A stretch of DNA of 64,000 bases, from contig CAVVDB010000007.1 of NCBI GenBank assembly GCA_963746865.1, positions 250,235 to 314,234 on the forward strand, in the 5' to 3' direction. Of this stretch, positions 19,358-28,737 are shown in pieces. The notes beneath the pieces were generated by a model that was given only the letters and a program-made list of their open reading frames with translations, had not been told where the DNA came from and ran no database searches. Position 1 is the stretch's first letter, and the number at the start of each line of letters is the position of its first letter. This stretch comes from an uncultured Chloroflexia bacterium. Lineage in GTDB: Bacteria; Chloroflexota; Limnocylindria; Limnocylindrales; CSP1-4. Made by a program: the position numbers and the translations under genes.

Positions 19358-20608
19358 TCAGGCCCCCGACTTGCAGATCGCGGGCGGCTTGCCACCCTCG
19401 GTCGAGGGGTCGGAGGAACCCCAGACCCATCGATGGAGGGCGGCCAGGTCCGTCCCGCGGCCAAGGATCCCGACGTAGGTCGCGCCGCAGGTCGCGCGGA
19501 CATTGGCGGTCCCGTCCTCATCGAGAAAGCAGCCACTCCGGCCGACGACCCAGGGACCCGTCCCGGCGACGCTGACCCGCTCGGTGCCGGCCGTCAGGTC
19601 GCCCGACATCCAGGGGCGGTCGCCGCCGGTCCCCGACCGGCAGTCGCCGGTGGCCGGGGTCACGTCGTACGTGGCCAGCCGGTCGAGATAGGTCGTCGCG
19701 GCGTCTCGGCTATCGCGAAACCGGTAGGCGCCGACCCGTTCGACCAGGGTCGATCCGATCCGGCAGTCGACGCCGGCGATCGCCAGGACCGGAAGGGCGG
19801 TCCGTCGCGGCTCGCAACGCACGGCGGCGTCGGTCCTGAGGGCCGCGATGAGTGCGGCCTCGTCGGCGCTGACCGCCGAAGCGGGGGTCGCCGAGCTTGC
19901 GGGATCATCGATCCAGGCCGCCCCGTCGTGATCGGCGGCAGCCACCCAGCCGCGATGCGGGAGCCCGATCGCCTGGACGAGGTACCAGTCGTAGTCATCC
20001 GCGTTGACCGGGCCGTCGATGACCTCCAGCCTGACGCCGGTTCCGAGCAGGGGGTTGAGCTTGACCGACTTGGCGTTGTCGACGGTCGGCGCCGTCCTGA
20101 CGCGAAGCCCGGTCACGACCACCTCGAGGATGGACCCCTTGGCGTAGACACCGGGCGGCAGGGTCACGTTCGGGGTCGGGCCGTTCGGAGGCGGCCCGCT
20201 CTGGGTCGGCCCCACCGAGGCCAGCGGCGCTGTCACCAGGGCGACGGTCGGGGTCACGACCGAGAGGTCGGTGGGACGCTCCCGCCGAAGGACCTGGCCA
20301 CCGACCGCGATCGCGGTAAGCGTCAGCATCGCCAGGATGGCGGCCACGGCGAGCAGGCGCATCGGCGAGCGCGCCGGTCCGACCCGGCGCCGAACGCGGG
20401 AGCGAACCTGCTGCGCGACGGCCGGCGCGAGGACGTAGTGCGGCAGCTGGGCGATCGCCCGCTGATCGGCCTGGAGACCGGCGATGCGCCGACGGCAGGC
20501 GATGCAGTCCGCGAGGTGGGCGCCAAGCGATTCGCGCTCGGCATCGGTCAGGTCGAAGTCGATGGCGGCCGCCGCCAGTTCCAGGTATTCGGCGTGGATG
20601 TTCGTCAT
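19358..20608 (-). CDS. Anti-sigma factor (zf-HC2 type), single-pass, with extracytoplasmic SH3b-like domain
   Basis: N-terminal HLADCIACRRRIAGL (HxxxCxxC) and the TM segment LLAVAAILAMLTLTAIAV. ATGA overlap with the upstream ECF sigma gene. Confidence 0.85.
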   Translation of the reverse strand: MTNIHAEYLELAAAAIDFDLTDAERESLGAHLADCIACRRRIAGLQADQRAIAQLPHYVLAPAVAQQVRSRVRRRVGPARSPMRLLAVAAILAMLTLTAIAVGGQVLRRERPTDLSVVTPTVALVTAPLASVGPTQSGPPPNGPTPNVTLPPGVYAKGSILEVVVTGLRVRTAPTVDNAKSVKLNPLLGTGVRLEVIDGPVNADDYDWYLVQAIGLPHRGWVAAADHDGAAWIDDPASSATPASAVSADEAALIAALRTDAAVRCEPRRTALPVLAIAGVDCRIGSTLVERVGAYRFRDSRDAATTYLDRLATYDVTPATGDCRSGTGGDRPWMSGDLTAGTERVSVAGTGPWVVGRSGCFLDEDGTANVRATCGATYVGILGRGTDLAALHRWVWGSSDPSTEGGKPPAICKSGA

Positions 20609-21177
20609 CGAACGCCTCCCCGCTGTTCGAGTTCGAGCCTGACCTGCACCCGGGCGCGCGACAGGAGGGTGCGGGTGGCCCCGTGGCTGCGGCCGATGGC
20701 GGCGGCGATCTCCTCGCCGCTGAAGCCGTCCGCCGAGAGGAGGAGGGCGGTTCGGGTCTCGGCGGGGAGGGTCGCCATCGCCGCGTCGAGCACCGACGAT
20801 CGCTCACGGGCGATGACGTCGCTCTCGGGCGAGTCGAAGGTCTCCGTGGCCGCCGGGCGTCCGTACCGACTCATCCAGTCGATCACGGTCACGCGACGCC
20901 GACTGCGGCTGATCGCCAGGTTCGATGCAACACGGTAAAGCCACCCTCTGACGTGATCCGGCGTGCGGCCGGCGTCGACCTCCCTGGTGAGCCGCAGGAA
21001 GGCCTCCTGGAGGAGGTCCTCGGCTGCGCTCTCGTCGCGTGTCGACCGACGAAGGAAGCTGTACAACTCGGCGTGATACAGCTCGAACGCAGCGGTCACC
21101 GCATCCGACTCGTCGACGTGCGCCGTCGTGGCGATCACCTCGACCTCGACGAGACTTGGCCTCATCGGATCAGACAT
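20605..21177 (-). CDS. ECF-type RNA polymerase sigma factor
   Basis: Last 190 codons of ORF 20605..23427. LLQEAFLRL (region 2) and EIAAAIGRSHGATRTLLSRAR (region 4 HTH). ATG at 21177. Confidence 0.88.
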   Translation of the reverse strand: MSDPMRPSLVEVEVIATTAHVDESDAVTAAFELYHAELYSFLRRSTRDESAAEDLLQEAFLRLTREVDAGRTPDHVRGWLYRVASNLAISRSRRRVTVIDWMSRYGRPAATETFDSPESDVIARERSSVLDAAMATLPAETRTALLLSADGFSGEEIAAAIGRSHGATRTLLSRARVQVRLELEQRGGVR

Positions 21178-21324
21178 CGCACCCGAGAGAACGTATGGGC
21201 CCGGGAAATGTTTCACGCCCGGGAAGCCACCCGTGAAACTGCGTCGAGGGTACAACCCCGATGTCTGACCAACGTGGTGGCTCGGGCAGTACCCATTTCG
21301 TGTCGGGATCGTGGCGCCCGTTGC

Positions 21325-21330
21325 TACACT
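21325..21330 (+). promoter_or_regulatory. Candidate -10 hexamer (TACACT) placing the transcription start on the GTG of ftsZ (leaderless mRNA)
   Basis: TACACT ends 6 nt before the GTG at 21337. No Shine-Dalgarno sequence lies in between. The -35 region is weak. Confidence 0.35.
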
Positions 21331-21336
21331 CCCGCG

Positions 21337-22608
21337 GTGAGCGACGCTGCCCAGATCGTCCTCCTGGTCGCCGCCTGCATCATCGGCGGCATCTTCGCCG
21401 TCCGTGTCCTCGTGCCGCTTCCCGCCCGGATCAGGCGGCGACGCCGGCCGGAACAGCGGGTGATCCGGGTCGTCGGCGTAGGTGGCGGCGGGAGCAACGC
21501 CGTCGACCGGATGGTCGCGGCGAAGGTCGCGGGCGTGACCTTCGTCGCCTGCAACACCGATGCGCAGGCCCTCCGCCGATCGAGGGCGAAGACCAAGATC
21601 CGGATCGGCGAGGCGATCACCCGCGGCCTTGGCTCGGGCGGCGACCCCGATATCGGGCGACGGTCGGCCGAGGAGAACGAGGCACGGATCGCCCACGCGG
21701 TGGCCGGCACCGACCTCGTGTTCATCGTCGCCGGGCTGGGTGGCGGGACAGGTTCCGGGGCGGCGCCCATCGTCGGCGCCAATGCGCGCGTGCAGGGGGC
21801 GGTGACGGTCGCGGTCGTGACCAAGCCGTTCGCCTTCGAGGGGACCCAGCGGCGGCGGATCGCCGAGGCCGCCCTGGCCGAACTGGCCGTCAACGTCGAC
21901 TCGATCATCACCATCCCGAACGACCGGGTCGCCGATGTCGTGGCCGATGACGCCTCGATGCTCGACGCATTCAAGGTCGTCGATGACGTCGTGCTCGAGG
22001 TCGTTCGCGGGATCACCGACCTGCTCGATGGCACGGGCCTGATCAATCTCGACTTCGCGGACGTGCGCGCGATCATGCATGGCGCCGGGCCTGCGCTCAT
22101 CGGGCTCGGGCGCGCCAGCGGGGAGGGACGCGCGGTCGAGGCGGCTCGTCAGGCCGTGGCGAGTCCGCTGCTCGAGGCAAGCATCCGCGGGGCCCGCGGC
22201 ATCTTGTTCAACGTGGCAGGACCGCCCGACCTCCGGCTCAACGAGGTGCGGGCCGCGGCCGACGAGATCCGGGCCAGCGCCGATCCGGAGGCGAACGTCA
22301 TCTTTGGCGCGAGTCTCAGCCGGCCGGCCGGCTCGCCGGTCCTCATCACCCTGATCGCGACCGGTCTGGCATGGCCCGAGGGTGTCGAGGCACCGGCAGC
22401 CTCGGCGGCGTCGACGGGCACGGCTGCACCGGCTCCGCCCGCAAGCCCGCCCAAGCTGGAGACCGACGATCGGAAGCAGCCGGTCGCCGTGCCCGTCGAG
22501 GCCGAGGATCAATCCGCGATGGCAGTCCCGGTCGCCGCCGACTCGGCACCGGCAGACGAGATGAACCTCGACATGCCAAGTTTCCTCCGACGAGGGCGCA
22601 CCGAGTAG
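21337..22608 (+). CDS. ftsZ: FtsZ homolog with in-frame N-terminal transmembrane extension
   Basis: GVGGGGSNAV, NTDAQAL, AGLGGGTGSGAAP (tubulin signature), NLDFADV, and the C-terminal peptide DMPSFLRRG. Preceded in frame by VSDAAQIVLLVAACIIGGIFAVRVLVPLPARIRRRRRPEQR. An alternative GTG at 21460 would remove the extension. Confidence 0.85.
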   Translation: MSDAAQIVLLVAACIIGGIFAVRVLVPLPARIRRRRRPEQRVIRVVGVGGGGSNAVDRMVAAKVAGVTFVACNTDAQALRRSRAKTKIRIGEAITRGLGSGGDPDIGRRSAEENEARIAHAVAGTDLVFIVAGLGGGTGSGAAPIVGANARVQGAVTVAVVTKPFAFEGTQRRRIAEAALAELAVNVDSIITIPNDRVADVVADDASMLDAFKVVDDVVLEVVRGITDLLDGTGLINLDFADVRAIMHGAGPALIGLGRASGEGRAVEAARQAVASPLLEASIRGARGILFNVAGPPDLRLNEVRAAADEIRASADPEANVIFGASLSRPAGSPVLITLIATGLAWPEGVEAPAASAASTGTAAPAPPASPPKLETDDRKQPVAVPVEAEDQSAMAVPVAADSAPADEMNLDMPSFLRRGRTE

Positions 22609-22669
22609 GTGGTGCATCGAGTCATCGGTCCCTGATTTCACGATATCCAGGGCTTGCTGACCCTGTAGA

Positions 22670-25600
22670 GTGCGGGACCTGAGAACCGGCACGCTCGGGA
22701 GGTTTGTGGGGGCTGGGTTCAGCGGACTGACGCGACACATCGACCGACGACGCCGCTCCTCGGCCTCGGTTGACAACGGTCGCGGCCCCCGGCCGACACG
22801 CACGGCTCGGATCGTCATCACCGGACTCGGGCTGGCCGGGCTGATCGCCGCCGCATCGAGCGGGGCCGCGACCGGCGCGACCGGGGATACCTTCACGGTG
22901 CTGGCAGGCGGCAACCTCGACTGGGTCCCGAGCACGGGCGCCACCAGCCAGACGTCGAGCGACCCACTCCACGCCGAAGACACGATGACGAGCCTCTTCG
23001 GTGATGCCCCGTATGTCCTCGACGCTCGTCCAGGTTCGGCACGGGCCCACCTGTCGGGATCGTTCAGCAACGTCTTTTCCTCGTCCCGGTTCGACCCGAA
23101 CGCCACGGCGTTCGCCAGGTCGCTGATCACGGTCACGGGACCCACCAGCCAGGTCACGACGGCGCTGCGCCTGCACGTCGACGGGACCGCCATCGTGTCG
23201 TGCGGGTTCGGGGCCTTCTGCAACACGAGCGTGGCGATCTTCGCCAGGGCCGGCGGGATGCAGGTCGTCACCGAGGTCAACCAGAACGGCCCAGTCGCGA
23301 ACAGCCTGGGGCTCGTCCTCGACCCGATCTCCGGCGGGTACCACGTCCACGGCGAGGTGACCACGGCGCCGTTCACGGTCACGGCCGGGGCGCCCTTCCC
23401 GGTCGAACTCGAGATCCGCCTGATCACGAGCGCGCGTCCATACGAATCGTCGACATTCGATCTCGACTTCAGCGACGGCCTGACCTTCGCGCCGACGGGT
23501 CAGGTCCTCTCCCTGCCCGCCGGCTACGACGCGAACGGGAGCGGTGTCGTCGGCAACGCCTGGGTGGAGGGACCACCGACCGCCGCCTTCAGCGCGACGC
23601 CCGCGACCGCCGACTGCGGAACCCAGGTGCAGTTCGATGGTTCGGCGTCCAGCGCTTCGTTCGGCCAGACGATCGACCATTACGCGTGGGACTTCGGTGA
23701 CGGATCTGCTCCCGAAACGACCGACGGGCCAACAGTCGCCCACACCCTCGCGGCCCTTGGGCAGCTCCATCCGACGCTGACCGTGGTCGACGACCGCGGG
23801 GTCGCGGGCGCTCCGGCTACGGCCACCGTGCGATCCCTGGACCGCGTCGCACCGGTGGCAGCGTTCAATGCGCCGGCGAGCTTCGCGGCGGGCGATGCCG
23901 TCACGTTCGACGGCAGCGCATCGACCGATCCAGGTGGAGGCTGCGGCGGCGATGTCGTCCGGTGGACGTGGTCCGTCGATGACGGGCCGCCCGTGGTGAT
24001 GTCCGGCCCGACGATCCTCAGCAGCGCCTTTGCTGGCCAGCTGGCAGCCGGCACACACACCATCGGCCTCATCGTGACGGACGACAACGCCAACGAGAGC
24101 ACACAGGCGACGCAGTCGATCCTCGTCACTGGTGCGACCAGCACGATCCAGCTCTCGGTCGACTCAGCCCCCGACAGCGCGATCGCGATCGTCCTGAACG
24201 GCCCACCGGCCCTTGGCTCCACGACGCTGGACGGCTCACCAGCGACGGCCCTCCCGGCGTCGAAGTCATTCGCAGGGCTGCCAGCAGGCAGCTACGTGGT
24301 GACCCAGGCCGCGGTCAGCGGGCTCGCCCTCGTGCGGATCAGCTGCACAGATCCGGATGGTGGTTCGATCGTCAGCGTCCCGACACGAACGGCGACGATC
24401 GACCTCGATCCCGGCCAGACGGTGGCCTGCACGTTCACGTCGGTCGTCACGTCCAGCGCCCTGGTCGCCGCGGGTGGACTTCAGTCGCTCGGGTTCGACG
24501 CGGGCCAGGCGACATCGATCCTGAAGGGCATCGGGTTCACCGCGACGCAGGTCGGTCCGCCGATCAGCTCGACCTTCGCCCAGACGGTCGAGCAGACGAC
24601 CGGCCTCCTGCGCGATGCCCTGTATCCCCTCAAGGATGTGGCCGGCGCGCTCAAGACGGGATTCAAGCAGGTCGCCGCGGACGCGGTACCGATCCTGGCC
24701 GCCTACTACTCGGCCGACGAGGTGGCCGTCGTCCTGCGCGACGTGTTCGCCAAGGGCACCAACGACATCGCCAAGCTGCTCAAGGCGAGCTTCGAACCCG
24801 ATGAGGTCATCCACGCCCTGCGGTATGGCCTGGGCATCACTCGACGCCACGATCGCGGCCGCCGCGATGAAGTTCGCCGGCTATGTAGCCGACGTCACGC
24901 TCAGCCAGGTGATGAGCGGGTACACCCTGCTCGTGGACGATGCGGCAGCCGTGGTGGCTGCCGCGGGCTATTCGCTGTCCAGCACGGCGATCGCCATCGC
25001 GGCGGTGACCGGTTCCAGCGCCGTCGCCGTGGCCCAGATCATCGCGCCGATCGCGATCACGACCACGGCCAGCACGGCCGCCGCCGCGAGCGCGACCGGG
25101 GTCGCCGTGGCCGCGGCGTTCACGACCGGCTCGATGACGTTCGCCGACAAGGCGCCGATCATCGTCGGGGCATTGGCCGGCGCCGGGGTCGGCTTCTCGG
25201 CGGTCGATGTCGGGACCGGGCTGAAGGCCGTCGTCGCGAGCGCGGGCAGCGCGGCCAACATCGCCGTGACGGTGTCCGCCCTGGCCGCCTACTACTCGGC
25301 CGACACCGTGGCGGTCGTCCTGCGCGACGTGTTCGGCAAGGGCACCAACGACATCGCCAAGGCGCTGAAGGGCAGCTTCGACCCGAACGCGGTCATGCAC
25401 GCCCTGCGCCATGGCCTGGGGATCGCGCTCAATGACGTCGACGTCGCGGTCGCGGCCATGAAGTTCGCCGGCTACCTGGCGCAGGACACGCTCCGCGAGC
25501 TGCTCGACGTCTACCACGAGTTGGGCATCGTGACCGGCGCATCGCTCCTGTCCGCCGCTACCTACGGCCTCGACCAGGTGGCCATCGCGGTGAAGGTCGT

Positions 25601-27707
25601 GGGCGGCTTCGGCGCGACCAGCGTCGCCAACGCGGTGGCGGTCGCCCAGATCATCGCGCCGATCGCGATCACGACCACGGCCAGCACGGCCGCCGCCGCG
25701 AGCGCGACCGGGGTCGCCGTGGCCGCGGCGTTCACGACCGGCTCGATGACGTTCGCCGACAAGGCGCCGATCATCGTCGGGGCATTGGCCGGCGCCGGGG
25801 TCGGCTTCTCGGCGGTCGATGTCGGGACCGGGCTGAAGGCCGTCGTCGCGAGCGCGGGCAGCGCGGCCAACATCGCCGTGACGGTGTCCGCCCTGGCCGC
25901 CTACTACTCGGCCGACACCGTGGCGGTCGTCCTGCGCGACGTGTTCGGCAAGGGCACCAACGACATCGCCAAGGCGCTGAAGGGCAGCTTCGACCCGAAC
26001 GCGGTCATGCACGCCCTGCGCCATGGCCTGGGGATCGCGCTCAATGACGTCGACGTCGCGGTCGCGGCCATGAAGTTCGCCGGCTACCTGGCGCAGGACA
26101 CGCTCCGCGAGCTGCTCGACGTCTACCACGAGTTGGGCATCGTGACCGGCGCATCGCTCCTGTCCGCCGCTACCTACGGCCTCGACCAGGTGGCCATCGC
26201 GGTGAAGGTCGTGGGCGGCTTCGGCGCGACCAGCGTCGCCAACGCGGTGGCGGTCGCCCAGATCATCGCGCCGATCGCGATCACGACCACGGCCAGCACG
26301 GCCGCCGCCGCGAGCGCGACCGGGGTCGCCGTGGCCGCGGCGTTCACGACCGGCTCGATGACGTTCGCCGACAAGGCGCCGATCATCGTCGGGGCATTGG
26401 CCGGCGCCGGGGTCGGCTTCTCGGCGGTCGATGTCGGGACCGGGCTGAAGGCCGTCGTCGCGAGCGCGGGCAGCGCGGCCAACATCGCCGTGACGGTGTC
26501 CGCCCTGGCCGCCTACTACTCGGCCGACACCGTGGCGGTCGTCCTGCGCGACGTGTTCGGCAAGGGCACCAACGACATCGCCAAGGCGCTGAAGGGCAGC
26601 TTCGACCCGAACGCGGTCATGCACGCCCTGCGCCATGGCCTGGGGATCGCGCTCAATGACGTCGACGTCGCGGTCGCGGCCATGAAGTTCGCCGGCTACC
26701 TGGCGCAGGACACGCTCCGCGAGCTGCTCGACGTCTACCACGAGTTGGGCATCGTGACCGGCGCATCGCTCCTGTCCGCCGCTACCTACGGCCTCGACCA
26801 GGTGGCCATCGCGGTGAAGGTCGTGGGCCGCCTGACTGCATCGACCATCGCCAACGCCACGGCCGTCGCCCAGGTCATCGCGCCGCTCGCGATCGCGTCC
26901 ACGTCGACCGCCGCCGCCGCCGCGACCGCGACGGCCACCGCCTTGGCCTCGGCCTACAGTGGAGGGGCGGCCGTGATCGTGCCTGCCCTTGTCGCTGTCG
27001 ATTTCGTGGCCATTGACGTCGTGAAGGCGGCCAAGACTGTCTTCGGGACCGCGGAATCTGCTGCCATCCTGGTCGCGATCTGCGCCGCGGCCTCGCTCGA
27101 CCCAGTCGAAGGCGCCCAGGTGCTCCGCGACGCCGCCTTCAGTTCCACGTCGATCGCCCTAGCCGCCTTCAACGGGCTTGGCCTGAACCCACTGCAGACG
27201 GCGCAAGTCCTGTTCGACGTGCACTACTCGATACCGACCATCGCACATCGACTCGCAGACCCCCTGGAGGCCGACCCATTCGAGGCGGCCCAGTTCCTCC
27301 TCGAGCATGGAGGGACTTCGACCGAGATCGCGACGTCGATGCTCGATGACTTCCATCTGGGTCCGGTCGCGACCGCGAAGATCCTGGACGACTTGGGCTA
27401 CGGACCCTCGACGATCGCCAAGCGGCTCAAGGGCGTCTTCGGGAAGGATCCAGGCGAGGTGGCCGAGATCCTCCACGACGACCTCGACTACGGCGTCGGG
27501 CGGATCGTCGAGGGGTTGAAGGGGATCAGTCAGGATGCGACCGAGACGGTCACGATCCTCAAGGACCTCGGCTACGGGATCAACACGCTGGTCGAGGTCC
27601 TCCACGACGACTTCAGCCGGGGCGTCGCGTCGATCCAGTCGATCCTCCTCGGCCTGGACTATTCGATCACCGACATCCTGGACGCGATCTCCGACGTCCT
27701 GGGGTAG
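22670..27707 (+). pseudogene. Giant (~1,680 codons) secreted/membrane protein: N-terminal beta domain, 2 PKD domains, prealbumin-like domain, then long helical short-repeat region; frame change at about 24838
   Basis: ORFs 22670..25435 and 24615..27707 join at ...HALRYGLGI|LDATIAAAAMKFAGY. The later repeats read HALRHGLGIALNDVDVAVAAMKFAGY in a single frame. PKD signatures: VQFDGSAS...YAWDFGDG and VTFDGSASTD...WTWSVDDG. Exact start (22670-22710) is uncertain. Confidence 0.75.
25032..26828. repeat. Tandem repeat, 612-bp unit, 2.94 nucleotide-identical copies (204-aa units) inside the giant gene
   Basis: Offset-612 comparison: identity begins at 25032/25644 and ends at 26216/26828. Translated blocks are identical. 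The antisense ORFs 25562..25873 and 26174..26485 are identical. Diverged partial copies flank the array (about 24700-25031 and 26829-27100). Confidence 0.9.
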
Positions 27708-27769
27708 TCGGGTCGAGCTCCCGTCGGGAGCCGCACACGCACGGCGTATCAAGGTCCAACCAAAAGGGC

Positions 27770-27797
27770 TTGACATTCCCTGCCGCGTACGTATTCT
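27770..27797 (+). promoter_or_regulatory. Sigma-70-like promoter for the arsR-family operon
   Basis: TTGACA (27770-27775), a 16-nt spacer, then TATTCT (27792-27797), about 30 nt upstream of the ATG at 27827. Confidence 0.5.
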
Positions 27798-27804
27798 TCC
27801 ACTA

Positions 27805-27816
27805 GGTTAATTAACC
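27805..27816. promoter_or_regulatory. Perfect 12-bp palindrome GGTTAATTAACC, candidate ArsR/SmtB operator
   Basis: AT-rich palindrome between the -10 element and the RBS (AAGAGG) of the arsR-like gene. Conspicuous in an otherwise GC-rich context. Confidence 0.45.
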
Positions 27817-27826
27817 AAGAGGCGAA

Positions 27827-28168
27827 ATGCAGACGCAGCCCGATCCACTCAGCACCACATTCGCGGCCCTGGCGGATCCGACCCGCCGGGCCATCCTGGC
27901 CCGGCTGGCCAACGGCGAAGCGACGGTCACCGAACTGGCCGCGCCGTTCGACCTCAGCCTGCCGGGCGTCTCGAAGCACCTCAAGGTCCTCCAGCGCGCC
28001 GGGCTCATCGAGCAGGGGCGCCAGGCCCAGTGGCGGCCGTGCCGCCTCAAGCCGGAACCGCTCCGCGACGTCGCCGGCTGGATCGCGCAGTACCGACGTC
28101 ACTGGGAGGAAAGCTTCGAACGGCTCGACGACTACCTGAAGGAATTGCAGGAGAAGGAGCAGACATGA
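27827..28168 (+). CDS. ArsR/SmtB-family transcriptional regulator
   Basis: 113 aa with the winged-HTH sequence TVTELAAPFDLSLPGVSKHLKVLQRAGLI. Confidence 0.9.
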   Translation: MQTQPDPLSTTFAALADPTRRAILARLANGEATVTELAAPFDLSLPGVSKHLKVLQRAGLIEQGRQAQWRPCRLKPEPLRDVAGWIAQYRRHWEESFERLDDYLKELQEKEQT

Positions 28169-28659
28169 TGGCAGTGGAACAGCTCGGCAACGAACGAACG
28201 ACGGCATACGCCGACGGCCTCGAGTTCGTCATGGAGCGGGTCTTCGACGCCCCGCGCGACCTCGTCTGGACGGTCATCACCGATCCAGAACGCGTCACTC
28301 GCTGGTGGGGCCCGCACGGCTACACGACGACCGTGGAAGCGATGGAGGTCCGCCCGGGGGGGCGCTGGCGATACATCAACCACACGACCGGCGGCGAGGA
28401 TGTCGCGTTCAAGGGCGAGTACCTCGAGGTGGACGCCCCCGAGCGGCTCGTCTACACCTTCATCCTCGACATCCCTGGGTTCGACGACAAGGCCGGCATC
28501 GTCACGATGTTGCTCGAGGATGTCGACGGCAAGACGAAGCTGACCGAACGCAGCCAGTTCCCGACGATCGAGGACCTCGAGATGCAGGTCGAGGTCGGGA
28601 TGGTCCGCGGCGCGCTGGAGACCTACGACCGCCTCGCCGACGAGATCGCCAGGGGCTGA
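28165..28659 (+). CDS. SRPBCC/AHSA1-family protein
   Basis: ATGA overlap with the arsR-like gene. FVMERVFDAPRDLVWTVITDPERVTRWWGP is a typical AHSA1-like N-terminus. The ArsR + AHSA1 pairing is a common operon. Confidence 0.8.
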   Translation: MMAVEQLGNERTTAYADGLEFVMERVFDAPRDLVWTVITDPERVTRWWGPHGYTTTVEAMEVRPGGRWRYINHTTGGEDVAFKGEYLEVDAPERLVYTFILDIPGFDDKAGIVTMLLEDVDGKTKLTERSQFPTIEDLEMQVEVGMVRGALETYDRLADEIARG

Positions 28660-28737
28660 CACGCCCGATCCAATCCGCATCTTCGGCCCGTCGGGCATCC
28701 TGCCCGGCGGGCCTCCGAATGTCCGGGACCGGTCGCC

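Noticed and set aside
20605-23427. 940-aa minus-strand ORF overlapping ftsZ and the start of the giant gene
   Set aside because: Only the last 190 codons (the ECF sigma factor) look like protein. The rest is antisense to well-supported plus-strand genes and has Arg/Asp/Gly/Pro-biased composition.
24837-26741. 634-aa minus-strand ORF with a striking internal periodicity
   Set aside because: It is the antisense reading of the 612-bp tandem repeats. Its composition (R/D/G/H runs) is not protein-like, and the sense strand has clear PKD and repeat-protein continuity.
25032-26828. Possibility that the regular repeats are a CRISPR array or an IS/transposon duplication
   Set aside because: The unit is 612 bp with no spacers. 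It is in frame with, and part of, a continuous coding sequence. No cas genes, transposase or terminal inverted repeats are present anywhere in the window.
27708-27740. Terminator after the giant gene (GCTCCC-GTC-GGGAGC hairpin)
   Set aside because: The stem is only 6 bp with a 3-nt loop, and there is no U-tract. Too weak to call.
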